In this document: positions 30,377 to 39,458 of the stretch, in pieces | Layout: every line of letters begins with the position of its first letter | Position numbering within the stretch: the first letter of the stretch is position 1 | From: Opitutales bacterium | GTDB taxonomy: Bacteria > Verrucomicrobiota > Verrucomicrobiia > Opitutales > JAFGAQ01 | NCBI GenBank assembly: GCA_033813415.1 | Contig: JAPXRV010000002.1 | Span: 23,432-87,431, forward strand | Direction: 5' to 3' | DNA: 64,000 nucleotides | Notes under the pieces: generated by a model | Told to the model about the DNA's origin: nothing | Seen by the model: only the letters and a program-made list of their open reading frames with translations | Database searches by the model: none | Translations under genes and position numbers: made by a program

Positions 30377-30995
30377 GTGTGAATTGACGGCCTGCAGTGT
30401 TATTAGTTGCCATTCAAAGGCAACGAACAGGGGAAACGGGGTAGTGTTTGGTTCACGTGCTCAAGGTTGGAGTGGTTTGGATGGTTTGGCAATTGTAAAA
30501 ATGTATGTTGCTGATGGAGAAACGATTGCTGACGATTGAATGCGAGCTCGCCCGGGTCGAAAATGGGTGAAATTGTAAGAAATGCGGATGGCATCGATTC
30601 CGGCTAAATTGCCATTCGCACTGAGTATGACGACAACCTGCAAAACTGCCATTCGCGAATGGGTTGGCTTTGCCCGATGGGATGGAGTTTTGGATGCTTC
30701 AGATCTGGGATTTCGAACCACGAACGACGCCAAACTCACGAAAATGGATGGAAGGAAGGGCCCGGTGAGGACACCTCCCTCTACCGAGGATGCGGGTGAC
30801 CCCAGGCGTGAGCGGTCCGTTGCGGGTAGGGATGAGCGTCCCCGCTCATCCGCAAGCGTTTGAACGGCTGGAAGGGTATGGCTCCATGATATGGCTGAAG
30901 CCATCCCCGGAAGCGGGCTTTTGGAAGGGATGCTCCCGCAACTGTGGGTTGGGTCCACCAGCTGAGAAGCGGATGCCGGGTTCAAGGGACTCGGT

Positions 30996-31856
30996 TCAGA
31001 AGCTGCTGGTGGCGCAGTCCGGGTCGCGGAGCTCGCGCCCTGCTGCGGATGGGAGGAGTGCTGGATCCGTTCCCATGGCATTGTTACGGTATTGGAGGAA
31101 TTGCTCGTAGGTGAGCACTTCGAAGCCTCCATCGTAGTGCTCGACCAGCGCCGTAAGGGATTCGACCCAATCGCCGCTGTTAAGGTAGTGCATGTCTCCA
31201 AGTTGTTTGTCCGCCGGGCTGTGGATGTGACCGCAAATGATGCCCCGGTAGTTGTGTTGGCGGGCCAGATGCTGGAGTTGTTCTTCATATTTGTCCACAA
31301 AAGCAACCGCCGATTTTACCTTGGATTTCACCCAGCGGCTGAAAGAGCGGTAGGGAAGTCCCCGTTTCTCCCGGATCCGGTTGTAGATCAGGTTCAGGTT
31401 CATGGTGGCCTGATAGGCAACATCGCCCAGAACGGCCAACCACTTGTGTTGGCTGGTGACCGAATCGAATCCGTCGCCGTGCACTACCAGATAGCGCCCC
31501 TCCCGGGTCTTGTGCTCGTATGAATTGCAAACGCGGACGCTCGATAGGTTGAGTTCGAGGAAGAAATCGAGAAAGTCATCGTGGTTTCCGCGAACGTAGG
31601 TGACATCAGTTCCGTTTGAAGCTTTCGAAAGCAGGATGCGGATGCATCGGGTGCAACGGTGGGTCCATCCGCCGCGGCGTCGTAGGCTCCATCCATCCAC
31701 AAAATCGCCGTTCAGGATGAGATGCTCGCACTCAACATGGTTCAGGAAGTCGATCACTTTTTCGACATGACAGTGGGGGGAGCCCAGGTGAACATCCGAA
31801 AGGAAGATTGATTTGAAGCGCAGTTTCCAAGTGGAGGAGTCGTTTTGGTTGTGCAT
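30996..31856 (-). CDS. lpxH: UDP-2,3-diacylglucosamine diphosphatase-like metallophosphoesterase
   Basis: 286 aa. The calcineurin-like motifs occur in LpxH order: FLSDVHLGS, LNGDFVDGW, RGNHDDF, VHGDGFD, CGHIH. Confidence 0.7.
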   Translation of the reverse strand: MHNQNDSSTWKLRFKSIFLSDVHLGSPHCHVEKVIDFLNHVECEHLILNGDFVDGWSLRRRGGWTHRCTRCIRILLSKASNGTDVTYVRGNHDDFLDFFLELNLSSVRVCNSYEHKTREGRYLVVHGDGFDSVTSQHKWLAVLGDVAYQATMNLNLIYNRIREKRGLPYRSFSRWVKSKVKSAVAFVDKYEEQLQHLARQHNYRGIICGHIHSPADKQLGDMHYLNSGDWVESLTALVEHYDGGFEVLTYEQFLQYRNNAMGTDPALLPSAAGRELRDPDCATSSF

Positions 31857-32030
31857 GGCTGCTATGGAATTGTTGCCATGTTATTCACAATCAGTCCCGC
31901 GACTGCAATTTTGAAAGACTATGATGTCGAATAGTTTACGTGAATGCCATAATTGTAACCCAACCGTCACAGAATTATGAATTGTTGATTCTCCTGAGTG
32001 AACAAAGAATTCCGGATTCCAATCCCTTAT

Positions 32031-33500
32031 CTATAGTGCATCAGTGGGCATCTGTGGTGTGTTGGCGCGTGAGGCAGGGCCTTCGGCGATGCGGCGGAGC
32101 ATGCCATTGAAGATGATGCCGTGAACCGGGATGAGCGCATACCAGTAGAGGCGGCCGAGGAGTCCTTTCGGCCGGAAGGTTGCCGTCTGATGGACGGTGT
32201 TATGCTCGTCGATACGAAACTCGAGCCAGGCTTCCCCGGGGAGCTTCATTTCGGCGTAGAGTAAGAGTCGGCGGTTTTCCCGATCCGCCAGGATTACACG
32301 CCAAAAGTCGAGGGCATCCCCGGGCTGGAGCTCGGTGGGATGCTTTCGCCCGCGTCGGAGTCCCACGCCACCGGCCAGACGGTCCAGCCAACCCCGGATG
32401 GCCCAGAGGAAATTGGCGTAGTACCAGCCATTGGTTCCTCCAATTGCCCATATGCGTTCCAGTGCATCGTGTGGCTGAGGGGTGGGTCGGGTCCGGTGAT
32501 CGGACATACAGCCATTGCTCGGGGCGGTGATGAGGCGAGACAGTCCACCCGAGAGCGTGTGGCTGGTGAGGGCGTCCTTCCATGAGGAGATCACTTGATG
32601 TTGCTCGATTTTGTCAAATGCCAGGCGAATGGCGTCCCGATAGGAGACGGGTTGGATCCCGAGGATCCGGGTGAGTTCGTTGTCCCGGCATACCACTTCC
32701 ACTTTCATGCTGTCGACGAGGTTGCGGGCGAGTGCAAAGGAAGTGGAGGTTACAAAGAACAGCCAGTAAGATGAGAGCCGGGGTGTGAACACTGGAACGA
32801 TGAAGATCCAGCGCTTGAGCTTCCGGACATCGGCGAACGCCAAGAGCATCTCCCGATAGGTCAGGACGTCGGGTCCGCCGATATCCCAGTTGCGATTGTA
32901 GGTCTCGGGTTTCAAAAGGACTCCTGTGAGGCAATCGATCACATTCCGTATGGCGATCGGCTGGCACTTTGTCTGAAGCCATTTGGGGGCGACCATGATG
33001 GGAAGTTTCTCAACAAGGTCGCGGATGATCTCGAAAGATGCGCTTCCCGACCCGACGATGATGCCTGCCCGAAGAACGGTAAGGGCATAGTGCTGCGATT
33101 GGAGCAAACTTTCGACCTGCTGCCGTGAGCGCAGGTGTTTGGAGAGTTCCGGATCGTTGGAGATGCCTCCGAGATAGATGACTTGCTTAACGCCGGTTGG
33201 TTCCAGGCGATTTCGAAAGTGGGTCGCTGTGAGGGCCTCCCGCTCGGGAAAGCCCGATCCGGGGTCGGCCATCGAGTGGATGAGGTAGTAGGCCGCGTCG
33301 ATGTCATTCGGAAGGGCATCGAATGCGGATTCGGAAGCCCAATCCCCCTCAATGACACTGAGCCGGGCACCACTGTGTTTGTGCAATGGAAAACGTGCCT
33401 TGTCCCGCACACATGCAATGACCTCATGGCCGGCTTCGAGAAGGACGGGAAGCAGGCGCTGTCCAATGTATCCGGTGGCTCCAGTCAGCAATATTTTCAT
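32031..33500 (-). CDS. NAD(P)-binding SDR-family protein with C-terminal DUF2867-like domain
   Basis: The Rossmann motif is in MKILLTGATGYIGQRLLPVL. I prefer the ATG at 33500 over the track start at 33593. The C-terminal ~150 aa resembles the domain usually fused to such NmrA/SDR proteins, which is a call from memory. Confidence 0.7.
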   Translation of the reverse strand: MKILLTGATGYIGQRLLPVLLEAGHEVIACVRDKARFPLHKHSGARLSVIEGDWASESAFDALPNDIDAAYYLIHSMADPGSGFPEREALTATHFRNRLEPTGVKQVIYLGGISNDPELSKHLRSRQQVESLLQSQHYALTVLRAGIIVGSGSASFEIIRDLVEKLPIMVAPKWLQTKCQPIAIRNVIDCLTGVLLKPETYNRNWDIGGPDVLTYREMLLAFADVRKLKRWIFIVPVFTPRLSSYWLFFVTSTSFALARNLVDSMKVEVVCRDNELTRILGIQPVSYRDAIRLAFDKIEQHQVISSWKDALTSHTLSGGLSRLITAPSNGCMSDHRTRPTPQPHDALERIWAIGGTNGWYYANFLWAIRGWLDRLAGGVGLRRGRKHPTELQPGDALDFWRVILADRENRRLLLYAEMKLPGEAWLEFRIDEHNTVHQTATFRPKGLLGRLYWYALIPVHGIIFNGMLRRIAEGPASRANTPQMPTDAL

Positions 33501-33721
33501 GGGATGAGAGAACGGTATCGAGTCCGGAATTGAATACAAGGAAGCGGGCCTGAATTGTCCTTTTCGGGCATGTGTGGGTGGGTTGTGCTGCACCTGAATG
33601 CCGTTCCGGCCTTATTCCATCGAGGTTTTGATAAATTTATGTCAATATTCGAATTGCCTAATTTGGCAGCCTGTGAATTCCGGACAATTAGACCGCATTA
33701 TAACTAATAATAGGAGGGCTT

Positions 33722-34636
33722 ATGAATACGATGATAATGAAAAGAGGTCTGAGTCTGGCGATAATAGCGGCGTTTGCACCGGTTTCCGGGGTGCAGGCAG
33801 CTGGGGAGGAATCGCAGCCGACGATTGTGGAAGTGGCTCAGTCGGCTGGAATTTTCAACACGTTGCTGGCGGCGGCTGGAGCAGCGGATCTCGTGGGGGT
33901 GATCAACAATGAGGTGCCCAAGACGGTGTTTGCGCCGACAGATGCCGCGTTTGCGGCTTTGCCAGAGGGGACGGTTGAATCTCTGCTGCTTCCGGAAAAC
34001 GTGGACACGCTTCGGAATATTCTTCTTTTCCACGCGCATGCGGGTGGGGTGTATTCATCGGGGCTGAAGGCCGGATGGTTGTCCATGGCGAACGGCGGAT
34101 CGGTGGAAGTGAGTTTGGCGAATGGACCGGCGCTTGTGTTTGAAGGGGGAAGATCCGGAATCGTGGCTGCGGATGGAGTCGCTTCGAACGGGGTGATCCA
34201 TAAACTGGATGCCGTTTTGTTGCCATCGTCGACTAATATAGCTGACACTTTGGTGGGTGACCCGCGCTTTTCCACTTTGGTTGCTGCGGCAAGTGCTGCG
34301 GGTGTGGTGGATGCGCTTGCCGGGTTGAAGGGCTATACGCTGTTTGCGCCGACGGATGAAGCATTCGCAAAACTCCCGGCTGGAACGGTGGAGTTCCTGC
34401 TGAAACCGGAGAACCTTCAGACCTTGCAGTCCATTCTTCTCTTGCATGTTTCCGAAGGAAAGCGCAGTGGAGGCGATTTGCTCGCGGGGGCGACTCCAAC
34501 GCTTGGAGGGCAGGATCTGATGGTTCACTATTCCGGCGGCCACTTGATGATCGGTGATCATGCTGTGATCACCCGTACCGAGATCCCGGTGTGGAACGGA
34601 GTGATTCATGTGATCGACACGGTTCTTCTGCCATAG
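33722..34636 (+). CDS. secreted protein with two fasciclin (FAS1) domains
   Basis: 304 aa with a signal peptide. Paired FAS1 motifs are present: TVFAPTDAAFAAL / NGVIHKLDAVLLP and TLFAPTDEAFAKL / NGVIHVIDTVLLP. An aggaggg Shine-Dalgarno sequence lies just upstream. Confidence 0.85.
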   Translation: MNTMIMKRGLSLAIIAAFAPVSGVQAAGEESQPTIVEVAQSAGIFNTLLAAAGAADLVGVINNEVPKTVFAPTDAAFAALPEGTVESLLLPENVDTLRNILLFHAHAGGVYSSGLKAGWLSMANGGSVEVSLANGPALVFEGGRSGIVAADGVASNGVIHKLDAVLLPSSTNIADTLVGDPRFSTLVAAASAAGVVDALAGLKGYTLFAPTDEAFAKLPAGTVEFLLKPENLQTLQSILLLHVSEGKRSGGDLLAGATPTLGGQDLMVHYSGGHLMIGDHAVITRTEIPVWNGVIHVIDTVLLP

Positions 34637-34700
34637 TATGGGAGGCGTGGGCGCCACTGGGTGGTGCCTCGGCTGTGCTAGCAATCAGTTCAGAAATCGT

Positions 34701-34734
34701 GAAGAAGCCCGGATCCTGAGGTCCGGGCTTCTTC
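34701..34734 (+). terminator. probable intrinsic terminator (13-bp perfect stem)
   Basis: gaagaagcccgga (34701-34713) pairs with tccgggcttcttc (34722-34734), with an 8-nt loop. It is followed by cgtttaattgttt, a weak U tract. It lies 65 nt after the fasciclin stop. Confidence 0.6.
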
Positions 34735-34949
34735 CGTTTAATTGTTTCATAAGATAACGGATTCCAGAGCTCTGTTCGAAAATAGGATCATAATTTTTGA
34801 AATTGACCATTTCGAAACCGGGTGGATAATGAAATCCGTCTATTTCGGGAGTGTTTTGGCCCGAGTGTGGTGAATTTTCTATCTTTCATGCTGTGAATGA
34901 CTCCCATGAGGCTGTCATCCCGTATCACGAATTTCCCTGCCATGCGTCT

Positions 34950-35714
34950 ATGATCAATTTTCTTCGGGTTTGTTTGTGTGTCGCGTATTGTCTGTCGGTT
35001 GAGTCGGTTCTATGGGCAGCAGAATCCGCTCCTTCGAACGAGATCATCCGGGCCGAGCATTTTCTGATCAAGTTTGAGCAGAAAGTGGAGCGGATGAGAG
35101 GTCAGAGCTTTCGCTTGGGATACGAGGAGAACGAGGCCCTGAAGCGGGTGAAGTCCCTTCACGAGCGCTATCCGGATGATCCTGCCGTTCAGGGTCTGTT
35201 TGAGCGAAGTCGCGCCGCACTCATGGCGAGCAAGGGCGAGTTCATGCAGATCTTGCCAGAGATGCTGACCTACAGAGAGAACGAAAAGAAGCTCAAAGAG
35301 GCTTTTGGCGCGCTTGCTGACAAAGAATGGACCTCTTTTTTGGACAGGATCGGCGAGAAGCCCGATGCGATCATTCCAGTGGCGTTCCCTCAGCCCGATT
35401 CTGACAGAGTGTCGATTCTGACTTTGCAGAATCGATATGTGCTATTGGACGAATTCGAGTATCCAACCAATCAGTTTTTTGATCTGGGAAGGGAGTTTGT
35501 GTGGGTCGGAAGTGGAACCAAGGGATACTACTATGTCGAAATTGGAAGTGCGGGATGGTTGGGTGCTTATGAAGCATTCAAGCGATACCGGCGTCTGGTG
35601 AACCGGAGCCTTCCGGAAAGCGGGAAATGGACGCTTCTCGGGCAGATTTCCGGAGTGGATATGATCATTCCTCAGGCGGAAAAGGTGAAGACGATTGCGG
35701 GCCGTTGGGGTTGA
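34950..35714 (+). CDS. secreted protein, unknown function (possibly the 5' part of a frameshifted longer gene)
   Basis: The ATG at 34950 gives the signal peptide MINFLRVCLCVAYCLSVESVLWA. The track start at 34851 adds an implausible leader. The ORF stops at TGA 35712-35714, inside an overlap with the next open frame. Confidence 0.5.
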   Translation: MINFLRVCLCVAYCLSVESVLWAAESAPSNEIIRAEHFLIKFEQKVERMRGQSFRLGYEENEALKRVKSLHERYPDDPAVQGLFERSRAALMASKGEFMQILPEMLTYRENEKKLKEAFGALADKEWTSFLDRIGEKPDAIIPVAFPQPDSDRVSILTLQNRYVLLDEFEYPTNQFFDLGREFVWVGSGTKGYYYVEIGSAGWLGAYEAFKRYRRLVNRSLPESGKWTLLGQISGVDMIIPQAEKVKTIAGRWG

Positions 35715-36283
35715 TTGTTCAGCCAGTTGCCATCTATGTTCCGGGGCATGTTTTTGCGATCCGGGATTCCGGACATCCGGAAGGTGGAAGTTTCGCCGGT
35801 GAGGAGCAGATGGAAGCCGTCAAAGGGCCGATGTATACGGTTCGGGCTGTCCCGGAGGATGTGACCGCCGAGCGTTTGGTGGAGATTTTCTCGGTGGCGA
35901 TTAAAGAAAAAAACTACCCTCTCTATCTGGATTGCATATTGCCCGACAGGAGAAAGACGCGGAATGCGGAATCCCTGGCACGCTATCATTGGGACCTGCA
36001 TCTGGAGCGCTTTGCGGAGCTATATGTCCATGTTACCGTGGACCCTGCCAAAGTTGAAGTTATCCGTGGCTTTGATGACAAAGGAGAGTGGGAGACCTAC
36101 TTTCTCGATGAAGAGCAGCGGGCCACCGTGGGACAGATCTCGGATGCGCTTGTGGAACAAGCAACTGTCTTGAGTATGGCATGGGATGAGCGTGGGAGGC
36201 AGTATGGATCTCCCAAACCGCATTTTTTGAGGCGTATGGATAAAGGACGCTGGTATATCGAAAACTATGAGCAGCCTTTCTGA
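35711..36283 (+). CDS. unknown protein; either a TTG-initiated coupled gene or the 3' part of the preceding gene
   Basis: The frame is open from 35627. TTG at 35711-35713 overlaps the upstream TGA (TTGA). The product reads LIVQPVAIYVPGHVFAIRDSGHPEGG...RWYIENYEQPF and has no signal peptide. The span 34950-36283 is 1334 nt (3n+2). Confidence 0.4.
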   Translation: MIVQPVAIYVPGHVFAIRDSGHPEGGSFAGEEQMEAVKGPMYTVRAVPEDVTAERLVEIFSVAIKEKNYPLYLDCILPDRRKTRNAESLARYHWDLHLERFAELYVHVTVDPAKVEVIRGFDDKGEWETYFLDEEQRATVGQISDALVEQATVLSMAWDERGRQYGSPKPHFLRRMDKGRWYIENYEQPF

Positions 36284-36290
36284 GCACCGT

Positions 36291-37637
36291 ATGAAAATGA
36301 GCCCAGGAAACACCCGTTGGTTAGGATTTATCCGAATGCTGTTGGTTATTGCTTTGGTGGCTCCGTCGCCATTATGGGGATTTCAGGAGCGGGTGGGCGA
36401 GATCATGCGGTATGAGCATGAGCTGGCAAAAGTAGGGCTTGAAGCCACCGAGCGCCTGTTGAAGACCAGGAAATGGGAAAAGGCGGATACCGAAGGGGTC
36501 TGGGATGAGCTCAATGAGAAGTATTTCACCGCTTGGGATAGGCTCGGGCATGTCGAGTTTGATAGCTTGCTCAAGGGCAAACAGGGCTCGGATGTGACGA
36601 AGGCGTTGGAATGGGCGAATGCGATGAAGCTCTTCCGGCATGAGATGCAGAGTATGGGTCGGGTGGTCAAGTGGCAGCGGCAGATGAAGGCGGATGCGTT
36701 CTCGATCGAAATCACGATGCGGGACCTTCCGGCGAAGATTGAAGAGTGGCTGAAAAAGGCGGGAGATGCCGAAACACTTGTGGGGAAACTCAATCAGGAG
36801 ATGGCCGGGGGGAAGCTCACCAGTGACGATCTCAATTCGAGACTTGATGATATCCGTGCTATCAGGAGCAAGATGGAGAACGTGTCGAGTGCTGTGTTGA
36901 GGACGGTCAAGGATATCGATGAATGGCTTTATTTGAATCCCGATTTACCCAAAGACATAGGCAAGATTATCGAGAATTTCGGGAATGCGAAAGCACGCCA
37001 TCCATTGGTGGATGCAGAGCTAACCGATTGGATGGTTGCATGTCCTGCGTTGATGAAGAAGAGCCGGGAGGACTATGAGGAGGTTCGAAAGGACTTTGAT
37101 GCGATTTATCAGCCCGTGAAGAGCGGGAAGGCTTTGGACGGGGTAATGCTCTTCAAGGGATTGGCCTACAATAAGCTGCCTGATCCCGTGATGAAGTGCG
37201 AATCCGAGCTCAAGCTGATGATTGCGAAAACCGTTCAGAAAGAGGCTTCGGATGCTCAGTTGAAAAAGGATCTTGAAGAGGACGAAAGACTATCCCGACA
37301 GGAGCGTGACCGTATTCTGGAAATCGCGCGGTTGACTGGCCCTGAGCCGCGGAGAGCGCTGGAACTTGAGTTGGTGCGGGCCGGAGGACCGGACCGGATT
37401 CGGGATATTCAGCTTCGACTGTCGAGGATGGAGCCCGGTAGTCCGGATTACGAAAAACTTCGGGAGGAATTTCTTCTATTGGATCGGGAAGAGCATCCGG
37501 ATCAGCTTGCCGTGAAAAAGAAGATCAAGGAATTCGAGGATCTCGCCGTGCGACTGGGTGAGGAGTCAAGGGAGATTGCGTTGGCTCATGAAGCGCGGAG
37601 AAAGAAGCTCGGGCTAAAGCCGACCTTCGCATATTGA
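36291..37637 (+). CDS. secreted coiled-coil-rich protein, unknown function
   Basis: The ATG at 36291 (MKMSPGNTRWLGFIRMLLVIALVAPSPLWG) lies 8 nt after the previous stop. An alternative ATG is at 36267. The protein is Lys/Glu/Arg/Leu-rich and looks helical. Confidence 0.55.
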   Translation: MKMSPGNTRWLGFIRMLLVIALVAPSPLWGFQERVGEIMRYEHELAKVGLEATERLLKTRKWEKADTEGVWDELNEKYFTAWDRLGHVEFDSLLKGKQGSDVTKALEWANAMKLFRHEMQSMGRVVKWQRQMKADAFSIEITMRDLPAKIEEWLKKAGDAETLVGKLNQEMAGGKLTSDDLNSRLDDIRAIRSKMENVSSAVLRTVKDIDEWLYLNPDLPKDIGKIIENFGNAKARHPLVDAELTDWMVACPALMKKSREDYEEVRKDFDAIYQPVKSGKALDGVMLFKGLAYNKLPDPVMKCESELKLMIAKTVQKEASDAQLKKDLEEDERLSRQERDRILEIARLTGPEPRRALELELVRAGGPDRIRDIQLRLSRMEPGSPDYEKLREEFLLLDREEHPDQLAVKKKIKEFEDLAVRLGEESREIALAHEARRKKLGLKPTFAY

Positions 37638-37725
37638 TAATCGATTCGGATTGTTGTGGCCAGAGTTGGAATTCGGATAGGGTTGCTTTTCGGGTTTTGC
37701 ATTTTTGGCCGCAGACACCAGTGTT

Positions 37726-38151
37726 TTACTCGTTGGGAAGGTCGTCCTCAAAGCTTTTCCGAACGCAGTGGAAGTTCGGCACATCGACTGAAAGAATGTG
37801 GTCTTTGATCCAGGCGATCATTTCGTAATAGACATCCAGTGCTTCCGGGCGTGTGAAAGGTTTGCGCGAATATTGATCCCGTATCTCGCGGACCCGGATT
37901 TCGAATTCGCGATGAGCTTCCTTGTTTTTCAGGGCATTCGGACAGTGATACCGCTCCGCGCAGTTTTCTTCGAAATGGAAATGCTTGTGGACGTAGTTAT
38001 CGAGGAATTCGAGTATGGCCGGCATTTCCTCGATGATTTTCCCTGCTTCGACCGCGGCATGAATTTGGTTCATTGCATTGATGATGCTGCGATGCTGGTT
38101 GTCGATGGCATCGTGTCCGGTTTGGTATGAATCGTTCCAGTGGAGTAGCAT
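37726..38151 (-). CDS. hemerythrin-like metal-binding protein (bacteriohemerythrin)
   Basis: 141 aa. His/Asp ligand pattern: WNDSYQTGHDAIDNQHRSII, HKHFHFEE, EAHREF, DHILSVD. Confidence 0.8.
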   Translation of the reverse strand: MLLHWNDSYQTGHDAIDNQHRSIINAMNQIHAAVEAGKIIEEMPAILEFLDNYVHKHFHFEENCAERYHCPNALKNKEAHREFEIRVREIRDQYSRKPFTRPEALDVYYEMIAWIKDHILSVDVPNFHCVRKSFEDDLPNE

Positions 38152-38359
38152 AAGGGAAAAATTGAGCAGGAAAACTCAGGCGCGCAATGTATATTATGAA
38201 GCAGATTTTGAATACGATCGCCTGAGTAAATTTATGTGCTGTGTTCTTTGTTGAACGTCCGCAGTCTTGCGTGATTGAAAGGCACTTGCGTGCTCCTTTG
38301 TGTGTATTCCCTTAGTCGCCCTGAGCCAGGGGGTTGTCAATATGTGGCCCAAACAATCC

Positions 38360-39451
38360 TCAGAGCATGAAAGAGGGGTCGGAGTCGTAGTCGGCGGGCT
38401 TGGGGGTGCGTTGGGTGAGTAATTTCAGGCTGGTGCGGACAATTGCCCCCATACGGTCACATTTGAGAAATTCGGATGCCTCGTGGTGTTCGGCGAGGGC
38501 CTCGCGCAGTTCGACCACTTTGCGGTGTTCGGAGATGGTGTCGCTCTCCATGGTGTCGAGCAGGGTGTCGAGGCGATCCTGAATGGCCTGAATCCTCCGG
38601 ACCATGAGTGCATGCTCTTCCCTTTGATACTGCACGATGGAGTCCGGATCGAGGTTCTCGAGACAATACATTGCCAGATTCCGGTTCTCCTTGAAGAATT
38701 GGGGAAGATAGAAGTTTTTGCGGCCGCTATAGGATTGTTGATCGAAATCCATGCTGCGGATGCGGATTTGGAAGTCCTCGATGTCCGGGGTGATGTCCAC
38801 CACGAAGTTGTAGGATCGCATGTCTCCAAGCAGCCGGATGAAACAGCGCTCGTTGAATTTGATGAGCTCTTTACCCATGCGGACAGGATTGATTTCGCGG
38901 CGGGTCAGCCATTCGGCGATGAACACATCGCCCGGAATACCCACCACGTGTTCCTCAATGAGAGTGTTCTCATGAGTCAGATAGTGCATGCGGTTGGGCG
39001 ACAGCAGGTGCTCCAGCTCCAATCCGTATAGGCGTGAGGCATCGGCGCTTTTGACGTAATAGTAGTCGTAGTTATCGTTTTGTGCGTTTACGATCCGGAT
39101 GCGGAAAGGATTGGAATTCCCGAAGGTGCAGTAGTCGATGCGGTCGACGTATAGGTGATGGATGAGATCCATGTTTCCATCGGCCCTCAATATCGCATAG
39201 ATCTCACGAAGCCCGTTGTTGATATCCGCGACTTCGTGCGCATCGTAGCCGACTGTTTCCCATAAGGTATCCTGTCCCTCTTTGTTATAGAGCGGAACCG
39301 AATTTTTGAAGCGCATGAGTTGCCGGTATGAGATCGGCAGTTTGCGTTCGCGGTTGAATTCCACCAGATAGTCCCGCAGAACCGGACTCACCGGAAAGCT
39401 CGGCTTTTTCTTGGTGACGAGGATGTTCTGGGACTTGCTGGCGGGCTGCAT
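38360..39451 (-). CDS. conserved-looking unknown protein, possibly protein-kinase-like fold, co-operonic with ppk1
   Basis: 363 aa. The start lies 7 nt downstream of the ppk1 stop on the same strand. The segments LLGDMRSYNFVVD and IRSMDFDQ resemble a kinase catalytic loop (D-x4-N) and a DFG-like metal-binding motif. This is inference only. Confidence 0.55.
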   Translation of the reverse strand: MQPASKSQNILVTKKKPSFPVSPVLRDYLVEFNRERKLPISYRQLMRFKNSVPLYNKEGQDTLWETVGYDAHEVADINNGLREIYAILRADGNMDLIHHLYVDRIDYCTFGNSNPFRIRIVNAQNDNYDYYYVKSADASRLYGLELEHLLSPNRMHYLTHENTLIEEHVVGIPGDVFIAEWLTRREINPVRMGKELIKFNERCFIRLLGDMRSYNFVVDITPDIEDFQIRIRSMDFDQQSYSGRKNFYLPQFFKENRNLAMYCLENLDPDSIVQYQREEHALMVRRIQAIQDRLDTLLDTMESDTISEHRKVVELREALAEHHEASEFLKCDRMGAIVRTSLKLLTQRTPKPADYDSDPSFML

Positions 39452-39458
39452 GGTCGGG

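Noticed and set aside
30461-31306. 281-aa minus-strand ORF spanning the lpxH 3' end and the upstream gap
   Set aside because: It overlaps the well-supported lpxH frame. It is Ser/Thr/Pro/Ala-rich low-complexity sequence with no motif, so it is most likely an alternative-frame artefact.
35700-35716. Programmed -1 ribosomal frameshift joining ORF A and ORF B
   Set aside because: There is no X XXY YYZ slippery heptamer in the zero frame at the junction (…cgt tgg ggt tga…), and I saw no obvious downstream pseudoknot. An indel or a TTG restart is more parsimonious.
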